A stretch of DNA of 64,000 nt from Octopus sinensis (taxonomy: Eukaryota). The notes beneath the pieces were generated by a model. The model made no database searches, was not told the DNA's origin, and worked only from the letters and a program-made list of their open reading frames with translations. The stretch lies in the NCBI RefSeq assembly GCF_006345805.1, contig NC_043006.1, positions 10,478,001 to 10,542,000 of the forward strand. Direction: 5' to 3'. Positions within the stretch are counted from its first letter, which is position 1. Every line of letters starts with the position of its first letter. Position numbers and translations under genes: made by a program. This document shows, one piece after another, positions 39,408-52,702 of this stretch.

Positions 39408-39642
39408 ATGGCGGCGAGCTGGCAGAAACGTTAGCACGCCGGACGAAATGCGTAGCCGTATTTCGTCTGCCGTTATGTTCTGAGTTCAAATTCCGCCTAG
39501 GTCGACTTTGCGTTTCATCCTTTCGGTGTCGATAAATTAAGTACCAGTTACGCACAAGGGTCGATGTAATCGACTTAATCCGGTTGTGTATCCTTGTTTG
39601 TCCCCTCTGTGTTTAGCCCCTTGTGGGTAGTAAAGAAATAGA
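39408..39642 (+). mobile_element. SINE family C with 15-bp TSD
   Basis: TATATCAGCCGAAGT at 39393-39407 and 39643-39657. Confidence 0.95.
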
Positions 39643-41297
39643 TATATCAGCCGAAGTTTGTGTTAACAACAAGCAAGATGAGGACAAATATCCGTCAATT
39701 GTAAATAATGTAAATAATGTTGATAATTTAACTTTGAAACTCCACTAGACTTGGTTGACCCTGTTTATATTTGTCTGGTGAGCCTAGAAATATACATGAT
39801 ATAATGCATGACGTAATCTTCTATCATTAAATGAATAAAGATTTCTTTTTATGATATGTGTGTGAGTGCATGTGAGTACATATATACGTAGCTAGCTAGC
39901 TAGATAGAAAGATAGATAGATAGATAGACAGGCGATAGACAGACCGACAGATAGATAGATAGATAGATGCTTAGTTCCTTCAATATTCCCTTTTTTCGAG
40001 CTGTAATTGCAATGATAATACTCATGACAGGTAATTTTATTAAAGCGATGGATTAAACAGAGAATCTAGAATAGAGAATAGAAGTAAGAATGGAGGCGAT
40101 CCCAGTGAAGAAACGTTTTAGAGATTGAGCGGTGTATTTGACCAAAGCGGTTTTTTCAAATGAAGAATTTAACGTAAAACAACAATTTTATTAAAATATA
40201 CTAGACTTAATATAAATTTTAACGTTAAACTTCATTTTCGATTCTGCTACGTCCGTCTCTATTTTCGTTTCTTATATAGAGAGTACACTAACAGTGTAGA
40301 TTTATGTAACCCCTCTGTAATTCTGAATTAAAACTCCATTGTTGCTTCTGCTCAAGCCCAGAACAGACATAATAGGGCAGACATTGCATTTAAGGCTCAC
40401 CAATGATTATTACTCGAGTCATTTTTAAAGAATGTGTTTCTAGTTTTACATTATTAAATTTGTTCGTAAACAGATATCCGGCACTAAGCTGAAATCCTAA
40501 CATGCATAAATCCGCAAATCAAATAATGTTATTGGTAGGAGGCACAAAATATTATGAGGCTCTCTAATATACGGAAAATCACATTTTAGCGTTATTTCAG
40601 AAAGAACTTCCTGTGAAAATATTCTCGTGCGAAAATTTTGTATTTTGTATTTGCAGTTTAGCTAAATGTTTCCGGATTATGCTTCCTTCATCTCTTCAGC
40701 TTAATGGTAGTTAATACCGCAAGCTGTATTAGAATTCGTTAATATCATTCATTAATTATTCCCTTATTAATATTTATTTATCAATGTCTTAATTAAGGAA
40801 TCGATGCCCGAAAATCGATATGCTGTAAATATATGTGAAAATACTTGCGTGGAACCAACTTGACTGTATACGAACTATACTGGCGGGTAAAATAGCATGA
40901 CAAGAGTTAGAAACCAACAGCTGGAAAAACATTATTTTGTATCTACAACTTTCATCTATTGTAGAGTGGACGAACCGCGTTTCTTCAAAATCTCTAGTTT
41001 CTAAAAAGATTGAATAATATTTATAGAAAATAAAAGAAAAATTGTATAATTTTAAGGTGCTTAGCTACTAATTCTTTCACCCCAATCTTTCTAATGCAGG
41101 AATCGCCACCGTTTTCTGAAAACATTTATCACCGAATATGATATTATTTTTGCGGCTTTTTAAGGCTGTGACCTGCTTCGTTATTTTTTCCCCTCTAGTT
41201 TCAGCTCAGAGTTGCAGCCATTCTGTGGTACAACCGTTTTGATTAAAGAAAATACTGAGGCATATAAGCCCCCGGTGGAAAAAAAAAGCGGGTTTTC

Positions 41298-41369
41298 CGC
41301 ACACAAGGGACTCGAACCTACGCCTCATATTTTCGGATTAAGTGTGCTATCCATTACACCAACATACTC
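41298..41369 (-). pseudogene. tRNA-like pseudogene or isolated SINE head
   Basis: Minus strand has A box TGGTGTAATGG and B box GGTTCGAGTCC with a downstream T run. The acceptor and T stems do not pair properly. Confidence 0.4.
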
Positions 41370-41615
41370 ACTCCCAGTAACGTTTATTGACAAGGGAAGA
41401 ATATCTAGATCAGAATTAGGCTCGGTATACCACTACCTTAAAACGACATTGGCTGAGACAACATAACAGTGTGTTGTACGATTATTTTCCTTGGGTAACT
41501 ATTGCTGTTAACTATTTGTTTACCCACAGTAACTATTTTAAAAATGCCTAATATTTCCTTCAAACATTGATCGTGTTAAATTTATTTAAGCTCCGAAAAT
41601 CCTTCTGAAAACTTA

Positions 41616-41743
41616 GCTATGATGCTTTCCCAGTACTCCTGCTCATGGACAAAAATGCACATATTGTCAGCCACTAAGAGATGCTCAAGCGTTTAAGGTC
41701 AAGCCACTGACAAGAAGATCTGTGGTGTTGAGCATAATATTTG
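41616..41743 (-). mobile_element. Diverged fragment of the 44785-45340 repeat
   Basis: Reverse complement CAAATATTATGCTCAACACCACAGAT...GGCTGACAATATGTGCAT...AGCATCATAGC aligns to ~44890-45020. Confidence 0.7.
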
Positions 41744-41899
41744 TTAAAACGATATTTCTACTACAGCAACTTAGCGATGATTCTATCTGAAATGTAATGG
41801 AAAATGGGTCAGGTCGAAAACATTGATGTCCAGGTCACAAAATCAATGTTTGACGGGAACAATAGTACTTACTTATTTGTACTTGTGGCGACATTCACC

Positions 41900-42262
41900 C
41901 TGGGCGGATTGAGTCGGCTTCTTCTACCATGAAAAAAAGTTTCGTGGGAATATGTGGATTTCACAAGCGGTCCCCAACAATCCCGCATGTAGAGACATCC
42001 TGTTTGCGCAGATTGTCCGCAGACGCAGGGACAGAACGACCGAGGTGCCGCCGGTTGCCGAAACAGACACTCCGAGGATTTTCACCAGAGCCCCGTCTGC
42101 CGGGTTGTGGCCCTAATACCACTCGGTGTCAGACCAATCCGCATTGGATGACCCTACCAGGAACCGAAGTTCCCGACGGCATAGCTCTGACACTACTCGT
42201 TGCCAGCGTCCCCACCACGATGAGGAGGGGATGGATTTTGGGGACAATAGTCATTCCCTTTA
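41900..42262 (-). mobile_element. RTE-clade LINE 5' UTR fragment
   Basis: Minus strand CCTCATCGTGGTGGGG...GAGCTATGCCGTCGGG...CCTGGTAGGGTCATCCAA resembles recalled RTE/Expander 5' UTRs. It is a GC-rich island. Confidence 0.6.
42178..42245 (-). ncRNA. Degenerate HDV-like ribozyme
   Basis: P1 GTCCCCA/TGGGGAC (7 bp), L3-like CCTCATCG, P4 CTGGCA/TGTCAG, J4/2 AGCTA. P2 and P3 are imperfect. Confidence 0.45.
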
Positions 42263-42540
42263 ACTTCTAGAGGAATTAACACTGACTAAAGGCCAAAAAA
42301 GTAAAATTTTGTTATACAGTTTTATTTGTGCACCGGTAATTTTCAGTACCTTACTATTTAATACTAAATCATTCCCAAAACATATCAGAAATGTTTACTC
42401 TGTTTCCAAACACAATAATATATGACAAACTGACTTTACGTAATGCTTAAATACATGCAGGTGTTATTATTCTAAAAGAGAAAACTAATCTATATTATTT
42501 TAAGATAATTGAATTATTAATACACAGTTTGCATATTTGA

Positions 42541-42938
42541 CTAGCAGTATCGCCCGGCGTTGCTCGGGTTTGTAAGGGAAATAACTATAAAAGCATTTTT
42601 AGAGATGTAAAGTATAGCAGCCATCTCAATATGGCTAACCATAAAGGGGGGGGGGTGTTACTGTAGCTTTTTACGTTCTGAGATTTAATAATAAATTTTT
42701 AGAGAGTTACTTCCCTTATATATGCCAAAATGCATTAAAATGGGAAAAATTGATGGTAATTTTTTTTATTAAATCGTAGACTCATCGTAGATGCGCGCTA
42801 ATACCCAGAAGGGCTCGATATGAATCACGACAATAAGATACCCGGTTTTGGTTAAACTGCACCGCAAAATGTGGGAGCAGTTAGGAATCTAAATCGTAGG
42901 AGACAGACAGCACACAACCTCTCTTTTATATATAAAGA
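42541..42938 (-). mobile_element. Non-autonomous Helitron, same family as 14910-15306
   Basis: TC...hairpin...CTAG on the minus strand, inserted between A and T. Confidence 0.9.
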
Positions 42939-44510
42939 TATCAAGCTGCTACGCACAACGACACGTAAAATGCATCTTGGTTATGTGAGAACGTGGTAGC
43001 TCTTTGAATCCCAGTCAATGCTAATATATCGTATTCCTATCTATGATTTTTGTCTAATATATAAGTTCCTTATAGCATTGATAACAGATGTATGGATATC
43101 GGGAAATCAGATTCCCTTTACATTTGTTACTATAAATAAGTCAAATATCTCTACAGTAGAAAAAATTATTAAAAAAATTATCTAGTCAGTTTGACATGAA
43201 ATCGCCCTCACCGGATTTGAACTCAGGAGACAAATAAACTTAATTTAATCTCACACCAGCTGTTTAGGTCTGATGCAGTTACATAACTTCTGTGTTGTAC
43301 GTCTCAATGATCTAATGTTTTCCACCGGATTATCTTTCTCCCGCTCTCTTCACTTCTCTCCTACCCTGTCTCTGCAGTGCATGTAATTCTGTAATTCACT
43401 AGAATTTTCTAAAGAAAGGTTGAGATGATACATCCAAGGTATATTGAACATCGTACAGTAATATGTTTCTTATAAACTGTGGTGCATTACATTTCAGTGA
43501 CAATAGGAATGAAATTAATATCGCATTTAGTGAAGAAGCTATTGTGAACTCCGACACAAGCTGGAATGGACCTAAAGGAAATACGAGGACAGGAAATGAT
43601 AAAGGCTTAAATACGCCATCCTGACAAAACTTCCATTTGAAACAGACTTCCTGGAAACAGCAGCTGAACAATTACGTTAAATAATGCATAGGATAATAGA
43701 AACTTTAATAATTCGTAATGGGAATTAGCTGTATGATGTAATCAGTAGTTCCAATGCAATTATCTTGGCCTTACTTGAGAATTCATTACATACGCATTTA
43801 TCAAAGAGTACTTATTGCTAGTGAATGGACATCATCGTATTCGTTTCATAGTTCTTCTCCCTTCTGCCGATCCACTACAAGTTCAGAGACAACTTTGTAT
43901 CAAGGGTATTGTTGTCGATGTTGTTGTTGTTGTCGTCGTTGTTGTTACTATGACAACAACCAATATCATTGCTATTGTTATTGTAGTTAGCATTGATATA
44001 ACTAGTTACTCGTGGTTATAGTAAATTCAACCGTTCTTGTATGCAAATCTTAACTCTGAATCTGGTGAATGTAATGATAATAGTAACAAATCACTCTTTT
44101 CATCATTATTATCAGCAGCAGTATCTGTAGGAACAACAACAACAACAACAGCAACAATAGCATTAGTCCTCTCCTACTAGCAATTAGCATCAATGGACAT
44201 CTTACATAGAACTGGTATCGCTATTGAAGACGTTATCAAAGAGACATATATGTAAGCAGGTATGAGTTTGTAGGCGTTGCAGTTCATACCATTTCCCTTA
44301 TTAACAAATGGTCGTGAATAACACACTGTAAATAAGAATTATTATGTGAAGCTGTCTTTTTTACCAGTCTTACCTCATTTTAATCTTGTGTACAATTCTT
44401 GCCAAAAATGGAATTTGCTTTCCATTCATATATAGAACATGAAATAAACGACAAGTAAATTGGATTTTAAACCACACAAAAATGTATTTTCCCTTTTTTT
44501 CTCATAAATG

Positions 44511-44630
44511 TGTACTTAATTTATCGACCCGGAAATCGACTTTGGCGGAATTTGAACTCAGAATGTAGCGACGGATAACAAACCGTTAAGCATTTCGCCG
44601 GGCGTTCTAACGATTGTGCCAGCTCGCCGC
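44511..44630 (-). mobile_element. SINE family C, truncated and internally deleted
   Basis: Head and B box match family C. It abuts (AAT)n. Confidence 0.75.
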
Positions 44631-44631
44631 T

Positions 44632-44784
<153 letters not shown>

Positions 44785-45340
44785 ATGCCCTGATGCAGTA
44801 CCAGTCGGTGGCTCTCATGGCTTCTGATCTTAACCGATTGGAAGTGTTATCATGTACATTGTTTTGTCTTGGTATAAAAGATGCGCTACAGCAAATATTC
44901 TGCTCAATACCACAGATTTGCTTGTCAGTTGTTTAACCTTAACCAGTTGAGCATGTTCCTTAGCGGCTGACGATATGTGCATCTCTGATCACGAGCAGAA
45001 GTAGGTAGGGAGCATCATAGCCATGTGTTGATAGAGATTCTTTGGGGTTTGAATAATTCACCTCTGGAAACATGGGTATTTCATTCAACATCCTTAAACA
45101 ACCCTTATTCGGGGATCTTTTGAGAGGGATGGGTTACTCAACCAGAAGAAAATTCTATCTAGGCCCCACCTGCAAGGTAATGTGCTGTTTATCTTGATAT
45201 GAGATCACCATGTCGTGCACATATGATTGTGATTCATGTACCTGATGTACCCTTATCAGACGGGTAGTCATGATGGGTATACTGGCCTTCGTATATTTTA
45301 CGCCAGTGTCACTTTGATGGCATGTACTCTACTCTTACTC
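44785..45340. mobile_element. ~556-bp non-coding interspersed repeat flanked by (AAT)n
   Basis: AAT repeats at both boundaries, a diverged partial copy at 41616-41743, and no recognisable ORF. Confidence 0.7.
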
Positions 45341-45367
45341 AATAATAATATTAATAATTACAATAGA

Positions 45368-45740
45368 ACCACACTATGTACAGAACCAAATATATGGCAC
45401 CCTGGGTATAACAACATCAGCAACTTCTAACTTGTTGTCTTTTGAGGTTTCTGGATGAGAGTTGGAGCCAACTTGTAGAAATGTAATGCAAAAGTCATGC
45501 ATAAAATTGTGGTCAATGAGGAGAGTACCAATAGAAATTGGTACACATGGAAGTATCAACATTCAACTACCAGGATGTCTACAAGAGATTAGTACAGATT
45601 TAAACATAGAACACCCACAAAAATCAGCGCAACTTGGAACTGCGAGAAATCGTTGCAGGTTTCTTGAAGCATGACCAGTAAGCAAGTGTAAACTGAGTCA
45701 CCCGCCGCCTTAGACAGCTGACACTTTCCATCATATCATT
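45368..45740 (+). mobile_element. R4/Dong-like (restriction-like endonuclease) LINE 3' fragment
   Basis: The ORF ends KLWSMRRVPIEIGTHG...LNIEHPQKSAQLGTARNRCRFLEA*, matching the RLE C-terminal pattern LW...PIV.GALG...LQK.ALLGTA. Upstream HPGYNNI lies in another frame. Confidence 0.7.
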
Positions 45741-45989
45741 GAAAATGAAGTGAGGATTTTCATCAAATAATATTAGTGCCTCATGATATAGAGACATCGT
45801 CCGAAATTTTGGGTTGCGGGGCCAGTACATCAACTGAGCCCGTTGCCCAAGTGGTACTCATTATATCGACTGCCAAAGCATGAAAGACAAAACGACGTTA
45901 ACGGAATTTGAACTCAGAACCTAAAGTGGAACGAAATGCCGCTAAGCTTTTTTGGGGCCACTAAACATTTTCTGCCGCTAACCGGCACA

Positions 45990-46032
45990 GCAATTGCAGT
46001 AGTACTGGTAGTAGCAGCAGCAGCAGCTGTAA

Positions 46033-46077
<45 letters not shown>

Positions 46078-46220
46078 CAACAGCAGAAGTAGTGGTAGTA
46101 GAAGCAACAGCAGTAGTAGTAGTAGTAGTAAGAGAAGGAAAAGGAAAAGAACGACCACCCACATCATCACATCATCATCAACTGTAGCAGCAGCAGCAGC
46201 AGTAGTAGTAGAAGTAGTAA

Positions 46221-46262
<42 letters not shown>

Positions 46263-46450
46263 CAGTAGCAGTAGTAGTAGTTGTTGTTGTTGATGTTGTT
46301 GTAGTAGTTGTGGTAACAGCAGCATTATTAGTAGTAGCCGCAGTAGCAGTAGTACTAGTTGCAGTAGTAGTAGTAACAGTAATAGTAGGAGAAGGAGGAG
46401 GGATAGTTGTAGTAGTCGCAGCAGCAGTAGTAGTGATAGTAGTGTTAGTA
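45990..46450. repeat. Degenerate (TAG)/(CAG) microsatellite field
   Basis: Direct inspection. Confidence 0.95.
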
Positions 46451-47801
46451 AGAGTCGTAAAATCCCTCCTGGTGGTGGTTGGTTGTTCGACCACATCGAA
46501 GGTCAATCAAATTAGTCCCCTCCCCTAAAATCGCAGGCCTTGGGCCTGTAGTATATAGAATTATTATCATCATCATACTTGGATGCATCGGGTAAATGGT
46601 AGCGTATAATAGTAAGAAATCATGGCTTTCCCATTCAAACATCTTTGTTACATAGTATTTTTTATGAGTTACCTCGATATCTCTAATATTCATACACCAC
46701 TTTTATCGAGTAAAGTACTGCCCGGAAATCTGAGGCAATGAGGAACTATAGACCACCATCGAGCCCCTCAGGAGCTTGCCTTTTGTATTGTGGCACTATT
46801 GATAGGGGATATGCTTGTCAAAGGAAGCATGGCCCTTCGTTGTCAAACCTAATAATCACGACTGAGAAAAAATATTTAAGAAAATATTCAGGAAAAATAA
46901 AGACTCATAATTTATTTGACGGGTCAATAGGAAAATGTCGGTTTTGTTGAATGAAACTATGTCTTCAACACAACTCACGAACTCCTTTGACTCTAGATTA
47001 CGGCTAACTTACATCCGTCGTATGTTAGTTGCCAAGAGGATATTTTTTTCTCTACGAATAGCCAGATCAATATGTTAATATATCGAAATCAACCTGTCAC
47101 AAAATCATTTAAAGTAAAAGTACAGACAGTTTATCAAATGTAATGCTGACAAAATTTCCTATATTCCCATGCATATTTTGACTTTTTTTTCCTTTTTATT
47201 CTGCATGTGTGAGTGACAATAAAATCTTCTATTTATTCTTGACAGTTTTTCAATTAAATGTATCTGATTTTTAAGCCACCAATTTATTCTTAATCTTTTA
47301 TCACTGACCGACCAGATAGTATCATTTATAGCAAGTACATCAGCGAAACCTTGCTGAAAGCTTGGTTTCTCTTCAGTGTGACGAACACGTTGAAATAATC
47401 AGGCATTGATGGAGTTATTTTACATTTGACATCGGCAGAACTACTGTTACCTGCATACCAAATAGTTATTTTGAATGAAAAGCATTCCAAATTAAAATTT
47501 CAATATTCTGTGGAGCACATTTAAATCGAAACTCAATTAATGTTAGCCGCAGAGAAATGCATTTGGTATGTTATTACTTAGTATTGGAGAGAAATTCTTT
47601 AGACTATCTCAAATTCACGAAGCTCGTTTAAGTAATAGCTGTATTTCGATTCTTAATTGATGCTAATTTCAATATATTTAAATTAAAATTCATTGGAACA
47701 AAACTCATGAACGTCACAACTTCGGTTCACACCATTCTGGTTCCCGTAGGTTTTTCATTCTTCAAATTCATGATTAATGATTGATTAATATCGATTGATA
47801 A

Positions 47802-48186
47802 TCTTTTACTTGTTTGACTGTGGCCATGCTGGAGCACAACATTTAGTCGAGCAAATCGACCTCAGGACTTAATCTCTGTAAGCCTAGTACTTATTCTATC
47901 GGTCTCTTTGCCGAACCGCTAAGTTACGGTGACGTAAACACACCAGCATCGGTTGTCAAGTGATGTTGGGGGGGAAACACAGACACACAAACATATACAC
48001 ACATACATATATATATACATATATACGACGGGCTTCTTGCAGTTTCCATCTACCAAATTCACTTACAAGGCTTTGGTCGGGAGAGGCTATAGTAGAAGAC
48101 ACTTGCTCAAGGTGCCACGCAATGGGACTGAACCCGGAACCATGTGGTTGGTAAGCAAGCTACATACCACACAGCCACTCCTACGC
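47802..48186 (-). mobile_element. SINE family B
   Basis: Reverse complement aligns to 53364-53772. Confidence 0.88.
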
Positions 48187-50047
48187 ATATGATAAGTAAA
48201 TATAGAACTTTTATATATCTCGAAGACTTGGTAACAAAGTTAGAATGCTTTATGCTATTATCCTTGACTGATTTCCGCGTTCAAATCTTGCCCACGACAA
48301 AGTAATTTTGGAATAGTCAAGTTGATAAAATAAAGCATCAGTCACACTTAGAAGTATTGAGAAGCTAATTGCATCTGTTCTTCTATATGAGCATCCAAAA
48401 TAACACATTTAAAGAGAAGTGCGATTCACGTTAATACCACGACATACACGACTCCCAGTGACAGGCCAATTAGTATTATACTTTAACATTAGATACATGG
48501 TCTCCTATACTTTGATGTGATACGCACACTCACACAGCCACCCAGACACGCACACATACACACACACATATACATCTAAGTATATATTTATATACATGTT
48601 TGTATGATCTATTGTGCCTTGTCTTTATATTAGACGTTGGGATGTGATAGATTCGAAAGTTGCCTGCTGAGGAATTCTTGAGTTCAAGAGGGAGGGCATT
48701 ATATGTAGTAAGAGGAAGAGTTGCGCACGTTTCGACAATATCTATAACTATGCTAAGTACTTGCAGAAAGGGAGCATAGCAACCTTAATACATAGAATAA
48801 ATTCGCTTTGAGGGTGGTATTTCTTCTGGGTACTTACAAAGAAGAGCATATACGGAAAATTCCGATAAAACACTGTATTTAACTTTTTATCAAACAGTAA
48901 TTCTTAATTGTTTTCTTGTTGCTTTAAAAGCGCTACAACGTCTTTTCCATATTTTCACTATTTACATCTCAGCACAAATATAAATTACATGTTTAGTAAC
49001 CCAAGCAACACCTGCTGTATACCCTCTCTTTTCCAATAGCGTAAAGGACGCCCACACCTTTGTTGATCCTTTCACAGTCGGATACACAAATGAGTAATAT
49101 ACGTGGGAAAATTACAATAAAACCTTTGTGCCAATTTATATTTTACGCTAATTACTAACAATATTTATGTTTGTCGTTTTAAAGCTACCGCAGATTTTGA
49201 ATCTCAAAATAAATGTGGAAGAATAACAATAAAAATTCCGTGTGTAAATATTTAACACAAGGATAAACACTTGTTTTAATTTATCGAATAGAAATAATTT
49301 TACCTTTGTTGTTTTATATCAATTTGTTTTGTTGAATTCGTTTGTGCACAGGATTTTGCTCGGCCATATCAGAAAATTACTTTCATTTAATGCAAATGAT
49401 TATGGTGGAGTGTTGGTCGAAAATGAGCTTCATTTGTTTTAAAATTACAATAGCTTTAAAATATTGTCTTCATTAGTTTAAAATTAAAAATGTCTAAAGC
49501 ATAATTATTGCTGTTATCATTCAATAATTGCATATATTTCTATCATTTTATGTCACGCTGATGCCTCTATTTTATCGCTCGATCTGCTAGCGATCGAAAA
49601 TAAATCCTCCACTCACACTGTTTTGATTTAAACAACAAATGACAACAAAAAAGCCTAAAGTAAACAATTTACAAATAACGCTACCTAACCTCAGCAACAA
49701 CAACTGTAACAACGTTATAATAATTGAACAGCAACTCAAATATGAACAACAATGACAATAAAATTGTCCTCCATTTTTAATCTCAAAATGACACCTATGA
49801 CAAAAGAAAAATGTCAACTACATCACAAAATACATTAAGTATATGAAAGTAATTCAGTAACATAAGTACGGGCTTTCATAAGTTGGGATTTTAACTGCAA
49901 ATGTCCGTAACGTGTGTAGTATGACGATGGAAATAGGCAGCTGAGTGGAAGGCAGAGAATTTTAGGATTTGCTTCCAAATGCCTGAGAGTCGCCTTGAAA
50001 AATTATTATGAAAGCTATATATTTTTTAATACTATCTTTTATTTTTT

Positions 50048-50434
50048 ATCTCTTCTTTGTTTCAGTATTTAGAGCACGGCCATGCTAGGGTACGTCCTTG
50101 AGCAATTTTAGTCGAACTTGTCGATCCCAGTTCTCATTAGTTTTGATTTTTGTAAAGCCTAGTACTGTCACTCGTTTGCCGAACCGCTAAGCAACGGAGA
50201 CGTAAACAAACCAGTATCGGTTGTCAAGAGGTGGTAGGGTACAAACACAAACGTACAGACACACACACACATAGAAATATATTTATACGACGGGTTTTTT
50301 TCGGTTTCCATCTACCAAATCCATATTCCGAGGCTATAATAGAAGGCACTTGCCTAACATGCCTCGCAATGGAACTGAACCCGGAATCATATGGCTGGGA
50401 AGTAAACTTCTTACGACACAGCCACGCTCGCGCC
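50048..50434 (-). mobile_element. SINE family B, degenerate
   Basis: TTTGCCGAACCGCTAAG, TCGGTTGTCAAG and CCATCTACCAAATCCA match family B. Confidence 0.75.
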
Positions 50435-50477
50435 TACATGTCAAAAGTTTCATAGAAACATTACTATGCATGAGAGA

Positions 50478-50710
50478 CCTATTTCTTTATTACCCACAAG
50501 GGACTAAACATAGAGGGGACAAACAAGGACAGACATAGGTATTAAGTCGATAACATCGACCCCAGTGCGTAATTGGTGCTTAATTTATCGATCCCGAAAG
50601 GATGAAAGGCAAAGTCGACCTCGGCGGAAATTGAACTCAGAACGTAATGGCAGACGAAATACCGCAATGCATTTCGCCCGGCGTGCTAACGCTTCTCCCA
50701 GCTCGCCGCC
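50478..50710 (-). mobile_element. SINE family C
   Basis: Full length. Imperfect TSD TGAGAGACC/TGGGAGACC. Confidence 0.9.
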
Positions 50711-50889
50711 TGGGAGACCGATCACAGATACTTCGTAGGATGGACACAACGAAGAGTGATGGGAATAAGAATGATGGCAAAGTTGATGTTACATGATTGA
50801 AGGGAGCACATGAGCAATCTATTGGAAGTAATAGAGAACGGAATATTACTGTAAATATGGTAGCGAGAAAAGAGCGGTCCACCGAGTTA

Positions 50890-51270
50890 TAGGGTGGAAC
50901 ATGAAAAAAAGAGAGTAAACAGAAAATAGACCTGTCAGTCACCAGATGGAGCATAAAGGGAAGGATAGAAAGAAAGAGTAAGCCTATGAGTCAGAACATG
51001 GAACATAAAAAGAGAACCAGATGAAAGAGCAAGGCTCTGGGTCAGGCAATGGAGCATGAAGACAAAGACGGAATAGAGACTAGATCAGTGGGTAACAAGG
51101 TGTTGCATAAATCCAGAGAGAACATGCAGCAGGTCTGTGGATCAAACGGTGGAGTATGAAGGCAGAGCGTGAAAGGATAGCATGCTTATGAGTTAGAGTG
51201 TGGAATATAAAGGCAGTTAGAGAATAGACTACAGGCTTGTGCGTTAAAGGCAAGGACATACCTACAAATG
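50890..51270 (+). repeat. Highly degenerate ~51-bp tandem repeat
   Basis: A TGGA(A/G)(C/T)AT(A/G)AA-like motif recurs at 50895, 50947, 50999, 51050, 51101 (degenerate), 51150 and 51201. Confidence 0.7.
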
Positions 51271-52071
51271 ATGTTCTGTTTATCAACTGAGTGATCTTTC
51301 CTGTGGCCGGTTTCTACTTATTTGTTTGTTCAGCTGTAGTAGAGTCACAGATGTGTGGGCAATATTTTACTGTAGGATTCATTCTTCAACATTGCAAAGT
51401 ATATGAAGTATACATTGACCTGCGTAAGCCTTGATATAGAAAAAAGACGAGTGAACCTAGATGAAATGCTTTAATCAAAGATTTGCTCCATAAGGTTGAA
51501 CTGTATCTAAATACTAACAATAAAATTAAATCAATATATCATAGCTCTAACAGATCACCTGACTGAATGTATAGCTTTGTCAAGTTCAACAAGTAAGCAC
51601 ATTGAAGATAACTCAATGCGTAACATTTTCAGGGATCAAAGGTTAGGCTTCATCTCGCAAAACATTCTCGTTGCAAACATACAGTAAACAAACATATAAT
51701 CTCAAAAGAGATCATTTCCATGTCATGTTTCGAATTATCACGTTTGGATAGGCGTCAGGAAGCTGGAACCTTCAAGTGGAATATAAAATTATGCGCTTAT
51801 ACTGGCATATCTCAAATGAGTAAGTATTACACAAAGGGACATAGCAATAAGTATAGAACACAGTAAAATTATTCGAAACAGGCTAATAATAAGGATTCGG
51901 GACACAGGAGACATTACATCTCAAAGTAAATGCAATTAAAACGAAGTCTGGCAAGTCAGAATAGTATGAAAATAAATCCTTTGCCTCCTAACAACACGAA
52001 ACGCATGTAAGTTAATTACCATAATACCTTCGACGATGTGATTTTCAGAGACTGTGTGATTCAGGGTTCTC

Positions 52072-52165
52072 ATCCGACTGCGTAGCACCTTGGGCAAGTG
52101 TCTTCTACTATAGCTGGTAAAGCCTTGTGAGTGGATGTGGTAGACGGAAACTGAAAGACGGCCGT

Positions 52166-52203
<38 letters not shown>

Positions 52204-52220
52204 CACAGACAGGCAGACAG

Positions 52221-52260
<40 letters not shown>

Positions 52261-52505
52261 GTGTGTGTGTGCGTGTGTGTGTGTGTGTGTCTGTCTGTCT
52301 TTGTGTGTGCGTGTGTGTGTGTGTGTGTGTATAAATTAAATTAATGATAAAACCACTATTAGGCAAATCAAACAGTGAAAAACATAAAATAAAATTAATG
52401 AATATATTATATAAAATATATAAAATATAAAATTCAAACTTTCAATTATTTAAATTTAAAGTTAAAAATTTAAAATTATTAATTTATATTTATAAATTTA
52501 TATAT

Positions 52506-52541
<36 letters not shown>

Positions 52542-52664
52542 AATATATTATTATTTTTATTTCTATTTTTATTTTTATTTTTTTATTTTTTATTCTTTTA
52601 TTTTTATTTTTTTTATTAAATATATATAACTAGCAAAAAGTATAAAAAGTTTAATATAAGATAA

Positions 52665-52702
<38 letters not shown>

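Noticed and set aside
43335-43630. Strong polypyrimidine acceptor at ~43377 and a nearby open frame
   Set aside because: All three frames after the acceptor stop within a few codons, and the downstream frame has no independent support.
47335-47385. Minus-strand CTGAAGA plus 6-bp stem GAAACC/GGTTTC
   Set aside because: It is followed by GCTG rather than GAAA, so the second half of the core is absent.
50890-51270. CRISPR-like reading of the regularly spaced motif
   Set aside because: The motif is only ~11 nt and degenerate, no cas genes are present, and the context is animal DNA.
51290-51470. Possible RT fragment (IDL.K motif)
   Set aside because: Too short and frameshifted to distinguish from chance by eye.
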